64,000 nucleotides of DNA, from positions 3,038,001-3,102,000 of the forward strand of contig OZ361256.1 in assembly GCA_977018835.1 (NCBI GenBank), in the 5' to 3' direction. The position numbers and the translations under genes are program-made. Of this stretch, positions 56,428 to 64,000 are shown piece after piece; the first letter of the stretch is position 1; each line of letters begins with the position of its first letter. The notes under the pieces are model-generated. The model was not told the origin of the DNA. It searched no databases and saw nothing but the letters and a program-made list of their open reading frames with translations. This DNA is from Minutocellus sp. GHC0000111. Lineage: Eukaryota.

Positions 56428-57205
56428 TAACCATGGAAGCACCTGTGTGTAAATAGATTGGTAAAAGAAATAGAAAGAATAGAAGAAAGGGCTACAGCGA
56501 AGCTGCTAGCAGCCTGGTGAAGTGCATGAGTCGGACCTAAGGGTGTCCTTTGAAATCACATGCCTCTTCAAATGCACGTGTGCCGGGTGTCAGACACACA
56601 CTGCTGCTGCTGCTGCTGGCACTAGATCTCTGTCTAGCTAGATCTACATCCATGCATGGAGACCGGGGCAAGCCATAGCAGTCATGGTAGTAATATCAAT
56701 GATAATTAGTCAAGGTTTGCATGTCTGCGAGCTGATTGCTCTCAGCAAGAGTACTGGGCTTCTAGCTTGCCTGCTCCGTCACGAGCATGTAGGCGCGGGG
56801 GGCTAACAAGCCCTACAGATGCCACCTCAAACACCAATCTGTTGCACTCGCCTCCTTGATTCATGAGGTTCTGTGACGTGCTAGATTTGTGTAAAACTTA
56901 CCTTGACACGGTCGCTTCGTGTCAGTAAACACGAGGTTGTTGTAACCGGTTTGTGCTTTTAACTTGGGCGATTCTGCTGCTGCTGCTGTTTAACACGCGT
57001 AATTTTCTCGTGCCGGCACTGTTGTTGGCATTCAAATTGGCTGCCCGTGATGTGCATATTCACGGCAAAGCCCCATGGCATTGGTAAAAATTCATCGTCC
57101 TTTCCTAGTTGCGGCAGACGCAATGGACGGTGTCGACCTTGATTTATATTACTCGCGAAAGGTACTTGTCAGCATCGGCGGTATTTCCCTCGCCCTCTGT
57201 GATGC

Positions 57206-57471
57206 TATGGACGGCATTGATCTTCGTCCTTCACTGGTCGCACTAGATCATTCTGCAGCATTGGCGGCGTTCCTCCGCCCTTCGCTACTCGTAATAGCGG
57301 TAGATAACACTATGGACGGTATTTTTCTTCGTCCTTCACTGGTCGCGCCAGATTTTGCAGCATTGGCGGCGTTCCTCCGCCCTTCGCTACTCTCGTAGCA
57401 GCGGTAGATAATTCTATTGACGGTATTTTTCTTCGTCCTTCGCTAGTCGCGCCAGATTCTTGCAGCATTGG
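57206..57471. repeat. About 105-bp tandem repeat, 2.5 copies
   Basis: CTTCGTCCTTC(A/G)CT(G/A)GTCGC at 57222, 57327 and 57431, with a conserved intervening sequence. Confidence 0.9.
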
Positions 57472-58299
57472 GACCGAGAGGTAGTCATGCTAGGCGTCCC
57501 ATAGCACTTTCACAAGAAATGAGGTGCTTGGCTCTCCGCCACGGGTTGATTCCAGTTCTACCGATGATCAGTCGGCTTAGCAGTTTGCCGTTCTCTCATT
57601 TTCTTGCCCCGGGATAAAAATGTTATTTGAGAATGTCCCCATCGCCCGCGACCACGCCGTGCTTTCATGCGAGCAGAATTTGCTCTCTTCACGGCGGAAA
57701 TATTGGAAATATTTGCGACTCATTCGAGTCGGTCAACTTACTTATCCGTAAGTCATTCTTGGACATGTACCATTCGCATCTTCATTTCTCGCTCATGATG
57801 GATCTCGTCCTACTCATGGCAGCTTCATTTTTATTCCGCGACAGCGCGCTGTTTGCTGGCCGGAGGGATGCACAACTCATAGTAGAATTACTTTTTTTCC
57901 ACTATGGCGAGTGTCTGTCACCGTCACTTTTCATTGACGGTGAGACTTTCTACCTCGGCGGCACTTACTTACCTTTTCACGCGCGCGTCGCTATCTTTTA
58001 TGTCCATTTCGGAGTAGCGCTTTCCGGCGCTATGTACTTTTGCCATTAGTTTGCGCGTGTTTTGTTGAATGCCTTATTGATTGCGCCTCCGCGCTCATTT
58101 GGTCTTTCCGGATTAGTTTCGGCCTCTTGTAATTTTTCTGCAGGTTACGTTCCGTAATTCTATTCCGGAGCGAGGTCTTTGTCTCGAGCTTTTTATGGCT
58201 GGAAGGTTGTGGCCGCATGCATTCTGTGCGATCATGTCCTGCTATTCCAAGCCGGTGTTCCTGGTTCGTAGTGATCCCCTCGGCTTCGTAGCGCTGGTC

Positions 58300-59600
58300 T
58301 TGGGCCAGTAACCTTTACTTCCAGCTGATATCATTTTCTTTTGCTTGCATACTTACCGCTTGCGGCTTCTTGGTCTTCGGCTCTTTTGCTTTTAGTCAAT
58401 CCTTTGACATCTCTTTGCGCTTTAGTCCGCGCTTGTGATTGAGTTGATATGGCCGTGAGACTATCGATATTGGCTGAGCAGACCTTCGAGTCGCACGGCT
58501 GTGCGTAATAGCTATTTCTCAAACGGAGTAAAGGGCCATCCTTCTACTCCCGCTCTGCTCCCATCGGGGTGTCAGTACACCGCAGCTCGTCATCTGCTTG
58601 TGCGATGAGGCATCCTGCTGCTATCTTTTCAATCCTGACTCATGCATTTGTAGTCGTGATTATTCCTGGTGTCTTCGGATCGTTCGGCCAGTGATTTGCG
58701 AATCAGGTCTCTATTCGCATATGAAAATGCCGAGACAATTCCGGCGCGGGTCGTTTGGAAGCCGTAGGCACTCTCTCACGGCCGTTGGAATTCGGATGCA
58801 CCTATGCCGCGGTCGTTATGATAAAGTCGTACGATTCGCCTCCGTGATCGGTGATGATCCCGTTCGATCTTTGACATTTTGCCAAGCGTCTGCACCCAAG
58901 AATTGAGTGTATTATTGCGGCCCCTTTGAATTCCAGGTGGCCCGCTTGTCCTTTATCTTCTTCGGACCATAGGCCACGCGAATAGTTTCCTATGGCCTGG
59001 ACAACATCACTTCAATGGCCGCCTCCGTGGCGCATGATCTTCCGCGCCTTTGTCACCGACCTTTTACTCTCCTGTTTTGATAGGATTCTATTGGCGGGGA
59101 TTCACGGTCACATCTCGATTGTAGATTCGGGAGCTGTTGTTCCGGATGTTGCTCGTCGGCTACTACCATGCTCGGTGGATAGCGCGATGTCGTCATGTCC
59201 TGGTCATCGCTCCTTGCAGATAAGCAAGACTTTATCTTGTGTCTCGATGCGCCGTTACCGTGTTCCGGTAAGTTCTTATCCTTCTTTGCAAGAATATGTT
59301 TTTAGATCGAGCATTTTTTTTTGGAATATCTGACGGTTCCGCCTCCAACAGAAGAGTATCGAGGTAGAAATTGATCTTTCTTCCTCGAGAGGCTTTTGTT
59401 CTTCGTCAGCAATGTGCTAAGTCTCATTAGCGCCTTGTACCATTCTTGTTTCCGATGAACACATAAGGGAATCAACGGCACCTTTCCGAGTTGTGTAAAA
59501 GGAAAGGTTGCATGGCCGTTGAATACTACCGACTAAATTTGCGCGAATGGTATGAATTTGTCAGTCCTGCGCCTTGCTCGCCGAAATATTGCATGAAAAT
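58300..59600 (-). mobile_element. Highly decayed Ty1/Copia pol (RT-RNase H) relic
   Basis: Ordered minus-strand fragments: KQ..EWYKAL (about 59440), YLDTLL (about 59360), DVVQAIGNYSR (about 59000), ADAWQNVKDRTG (about 58875), AFSYANRDLI (about 58715), AISTQSQA..TKA (about 58440). They match the Copia motif order but are broken by many indels. Confidence 0.5.
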
Positions 59601-60599
59601 GCTTTCGTTGGTAGTGTTAATTTTGCCATCAGTGCGAATAGGTGGGAGCGTCGGCTCCACAAGTTGTGGTAGGAATTTCTCGAGCGAAATTAATGTCCGT
59701 GCACTAGCTGAGGCTTCCGGTGCAGCCAATGCTGTGATTGGGCCGGCTGTGATGCATGTCTAGCCGGATTCGTTCGTGACTGATGTGGTAATCAAGATAG
59801 TCTACTTTTCTTCATTCGAAGGATGACTTCTTGTCGTCTATGGTGGATTCGGCATGCTGTAGTTAGCACGGTGCGAATGCTCTTTAATAACTCTTTCCGA
59901 TTCCGATTGGCGATAACAAGGAAGTCACTTAGATACTTCGCCCGGACTGGTTATGATCTATGCGATCACGTGTTCTTTGCTGGAATTTAACACCTGCCAA
60001 CTTACTTGCCAATGTCGAGCGAGTGTTTTCGGATTTGCCCTATCGTGACAGCACGATCGTGCATGTTTTTTTGCACTTCATCGTCTAATGGCATCTTTAA
60101 AGTCTCTCGAAGGAGATCCACGCTAGTGGCATAGGTGAAGCATGGCATCGTCAAGAGAAATTTGTGTGCCGGATTGCCTATGTCGGACGGATGTCCGGAT
60201 GTTGCCTATCGGACGGATGGACGTTGTGTGGCAATTTGTCGGAAGCCCCTACTGCTCTCGCTGTAGGAGTATCTTGTCCTACACCTAGGTGTATTCATCA
60301 CCATAAACAAATGTAAGCGATGCCCAGTCTGACCGGTTAGCATTCTGTAGGATTGCTCTTTTAGGAATCGTTCGGTTGCATTTTTCACTGTGCTGTGTGG
60401 ATGATGCCTGACGGCCATATCCAATACTCGGGTCAGTGGTAAGTCACTTACAAGTACCGATCAAAAAATTCCGAAAGGTGCTAGTCTACGCTGTAGCTAG
60501 CTAGAGCTCCGCATTTCCGTGAGCTTCGCAAGCTTTGAGAGAAAAGAGGGCTTTGACAAGTAATGTTTTCAGTTGCCCTTGAGGTTGTCACATGACCTC

Positions 60600-63500
60600 A
60601 CTTTCTTTCTTAGAGGAGGTAGGTCTTCCGGCCGGGTCACCGTTGTTCTCTCTCTAGCTATAGGTCAGAGGTGTTGATGCGAGAGTCATTCAATCTCGGC
60701 GACACTTCTTTTAGTCGCCTCCATTTCCAATGTCACTTCCCTCGCATTAACAATACATGCGAACCAGTGGTATTGAGATTGTCTCTATCCTTCACAGAAG
60801 TAGTCGCTTCGTGTCATTCTACGACCCTGTTGTTCTATAATGCTCGAGACCAACAACACCGACCGCGAAGGTCGAGTCTTTAAAACAACACCATTTTATA
60901 GATTTGTCCCCTTCGCCTTGGGCGCGTCAAGGTCAAATTTGTCTTGCACTTGTGGCAATGACACAAGCGGTGTCGGCGGTCCTTTAGTTGATGTAACAAG
61001 TAGCCGCTTTGATCTCGCCCAACAGCCACTTCTTGATGACCTTTTTGTACCTTGACTGAAAGGAAGGGATGATTCTTCTGTTGCAATGTAGCTGACAGTC
61101 CTACCAGAACGTAGCAACGTTGTAAGTGGTGCTTTCGTTCTTAGCCTTTGCTAACACTGCTGCTACTGGAGTGGCATTAGATCCCGGTATCTACCTCCTT
61201 GGCTCCCTTTTACTTTTAGATAGGGGGACTCCTGCAATCGCATTTGTGCCGATGCGGACGACGGCTAGACCAACGTGACTTTTTTCTCTTCTGGTTCCGT
61301 TGAAGCGTGTTGTGGGGCGCCTTTTGACATTGACACTCCTCTTTTGACTGGCTTCTCTTGTACCTCTTATAGGTGAAGGCCCCATTGATGTTGAGAGTCG
61401 TCGGCTCCCTGTTTCATTAAACGATGTTTGCTTAGAGAGAGAGAGATAGAAGACATGTTATGTGCACATGCATTCGCATGCGTCCGAATCTGCTAGAAGA
61501 TTTGCTGCCCTCAACAGCGTGTTATGCATGTCAGGAAGGACATCAGGATTTTTGATGGGCCTTTGAGAAGGAAGAAGGAATGAGTGAATCAGGGATGTGC
61601 CTGCTTGCTGCCTTTCAAGAGACCCTCCTTTTAACTGTTGCAGAGTGGCTGCTGCTGCATGTTTCTGCACTCTCTACACACACACACACGTGTGTGACAC
61701 ATAGCGCTCAACAAACTAAAGCCTAGAGGGAACCTTCACTTAGCTCCTACGTTCCATCATTTGTTTTAACTAGCCGAGCATAGTAGTAAGAGATCTGGCG
61801 TAGGGTACTAGCCAGCTAGCTAGCTACGTAGCGTAGCTTGTGATGCTTTCGTTGTCAACCTGGCTGCCGCGCGCTGAGCGCTGATAGCTGCCGGCCGTGC
61901 GCCGTCCAAAAGAACGGACCATGGACAGACGGGCATGTCCGAGATCTGTGATGGATCTGCTCATATCTTTTGGTCTGCTCTTTTGCTTTGCGGTCAAGTG
62001 CGCATATGCTGGAGGCCTCCTTTCGGCTCGATCGAATATATCTCGTCGAAAGGTTTCTTCAGGGCGTATGTAGCGTACTAGCCTCGTCCATGATAGTCTG
62101 CTGAACACGTCGGTTTGCGGACAAGGCGGCGGCACCTTCCGCTCGCCGCAACCGAACGCGATGGCTATTGTCTTTGATTGGGCGTCGTATCATATGCCCA
62201 CTGTTGTGCACGCTATCGAATACAATACCTTCGCCCGAGGCATGGTAGCCAGGTCTTCCATTGATTTCCTGACGAGGATGCTCTTGGCATGGAAGGAAAG
62301 ATAATCGATCGGCTTCTGGCGACACAGCAATACCGGTACTAGCCGATTAGCCGTGGGACGTCAGGACCAAGCTGTCCGTTCCACGATGGTCACGGCCTCG
62401 GCAGCTGATGAGTGAAACTCGGAGTGCACGATGCATAAACTTGCTATTTTGTAAGAACTCTTTCGTTCGCGGACGTGCGGTACTCCAAGTTTCCTCACTG
62501 AGTGAGTTATCACTGAGCAAAAAGAGCGTTGCGCTGGTGGTATTGGCTCTGATTGATCATTGATCATGTGTAGATTTATCTGGCCCTTGTACATTTGAGC
62601 AAGATTGCGCGGCGAATGATTTTGTGGTAGAATGTGGCCGTACCTTGACGTGTGGTGACTTCACATGCTCGACGCGCGTGTCGGATGTACGAATGCATCA
62701 TGGAGTTCAAGACCTGATGCGGCCTGTGTCTCCGGATCTCATGTTGCAATTCTTTCGTACTGTGTACTATTCGGATGCAAAACTGGCTGCTGGCTCAGTA
62801 GTATTGCTGGGATTGGCCGCAATAAATATTGGAATAGTATCGATGCCTATTCAATAAATACTAAGCATGCCAAGTTTCATGCATCCGGCTTTATTACCGT
62901 ACTGACTTAGCAAGAAAGCGCTGTTCAGTACAACTTTCCCATACTTGCACCAGCAATGGGACCGTGCTGGTGACCTGCTACAATACAAATACCCGCCACG
63001 GATATTTGTTGCTGTAGAACTAGGATTTGTAGCCTACGCATTCATCCATCCACGGGCAATTTACCTTGCAATCAACTCATGCCCTTTAAATCCTGGATGG
63101 ATGCCTACGACCGTACCTGTAGTTGAAACTCTTCGGTTTTTACTGGCAGTAATGCTGGATTCGGTCAACACTCGTAAGTTCTGGGGGAGTTATCAAGCGA
63201 ATTTCCGGTGGCATATGTAGATAATTGGTAGAAATGCCCGCATCAGCATTGGGACCAAACCATAGCCGTGCTTCTACAGCATGGTTGCTAGCATAGACTA
63301 TCCAGCGCTTACGTGTAGATTTGGAATTTACATGTAGTAGATGTACCAGGCGCATAATGTAGCAAATTCAGGTGCAACGGTGGCTCTTTTTCAGAGACAA
63401 CGGCATGCCTGTAACACAGGTAGTAGTGTTGGATGGAGTCTATCATGTCCACGCTGCTACATAAATACACCTGCGCTCGTGTACGGAATGCACATTTCCT

Positions 63501-64000
63501 GTCTGTTGTGCCAGCAACAGATTTCGAGTCATGCATGTAGCGATGATGCATGCACGACTTATTTTAGCAGAATTGAAGGCTGCTACGGTCATGCATGCTT
63601 CATGGTAGATGTCTCTGGTACATGTGCGTAGATTCGAAGTCATGGGTAGGTGTGCCAGTCTACTTACGGTCATGTGTGTTCGTCGGCACATGCACAGTAG
63701 ATGCGCCAATAACAATGGTTTGGATCACATGCCGCCTATTCAGAAGCGGACTGTGCTCTCGCTTCTTGATCGCTTTGATGCATAAGGCACCTCCCTCGTC
63801 GTACAGTGTACTTGCACATGCCGACTGAGGCATGCATGCGCACACTCCGTGCGAAGACGTAGCACTATGTTGACGGATTCGGCTTTCGGTGTTTTGCCTA
63901 CTTTCCATCCTTCCCGTGCGCTCGTGCTTCTGCACCTCTCTCGAGGCACGATGCCTGTCGCTCGTCGATGACGGCCGTTGGAAATTATGAGAATGCAAGA
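60600..64000. other. ORF-poor degenerate region, probably decayed transposon or pseudogene DNA of unknown family
   Basis: Only short ORFs in all frames; CATG/TGCA-rich patches and TA-palindrome clusters at the boundaries. Confidence 0.4.

Noticed and set aside
57206..57471. CRISPR-like array
   Set aside because: The intervening sequences are also repeated (no unique spacers), there are no cas genes, and the context is eukaryotic.
60600..64000. Assignable transposase, reverse transcriptase or viral genes
   Set aside because: No convincing motifs could be read in any frame.
1..64000. tRNA, rRNA or telomeric repeats
   Set aside because: None were recognised by eye; tRNAscan-SE and Infernal were not run.

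Overview
This is gene-dense eukaryotic nuclear DNA, most likely from a diatom or related photosynthetic stramenopile. The evidence is short GT-AG introns, bipartite signal-peptide plus 'AF' plastid presequences, and diatom-type gene families. About 30 protein genes lie in 1-55.5 kb. They include F-box-like paralogs, a Nop25/RRP17-like protein, uroporphyrinogen-III methyltransferase, a signal-peptide UBE2W-like E2, a POFUT1-like enzyme, a beta-helix secreted protein, TLC, MYND/MSS51-like, TM9SF, a split HMG-box factor, VKOR, DUF3067, a C69 dipeptidase, a Myb/AP2/Tudor protein, a TPT-family transporter, ABHD14-like, DoxX-like, a J-domain/papain-like fusion and a CS-domain protein. Beyond 56 kb the DNA is ORF-poor and looks transposon-derived (LTR-like element, Copia relic). 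Four unexplained signals stand out. (1) Many intergenic gaps carry stacked TA-bounded micro-palindromes (TACATGTA, TAGATCTA, TACCGGTA, TAGCTA, TACGTA, TAGGAATTCCTA) that resemble accumulated excision scars of TA-targeting transposons, and a nested CA...TG MITE with TA target sites is present. (2) There is a highly diverged non-coding tandem array with a period of about 388 bp. (3) Several otherwise intact genes carry single frameshifts or in-frame stops, two of them UGA-C. (4) There are unusual domain architectures. All functional calls come from motif recognition by eye; no database searches were run.
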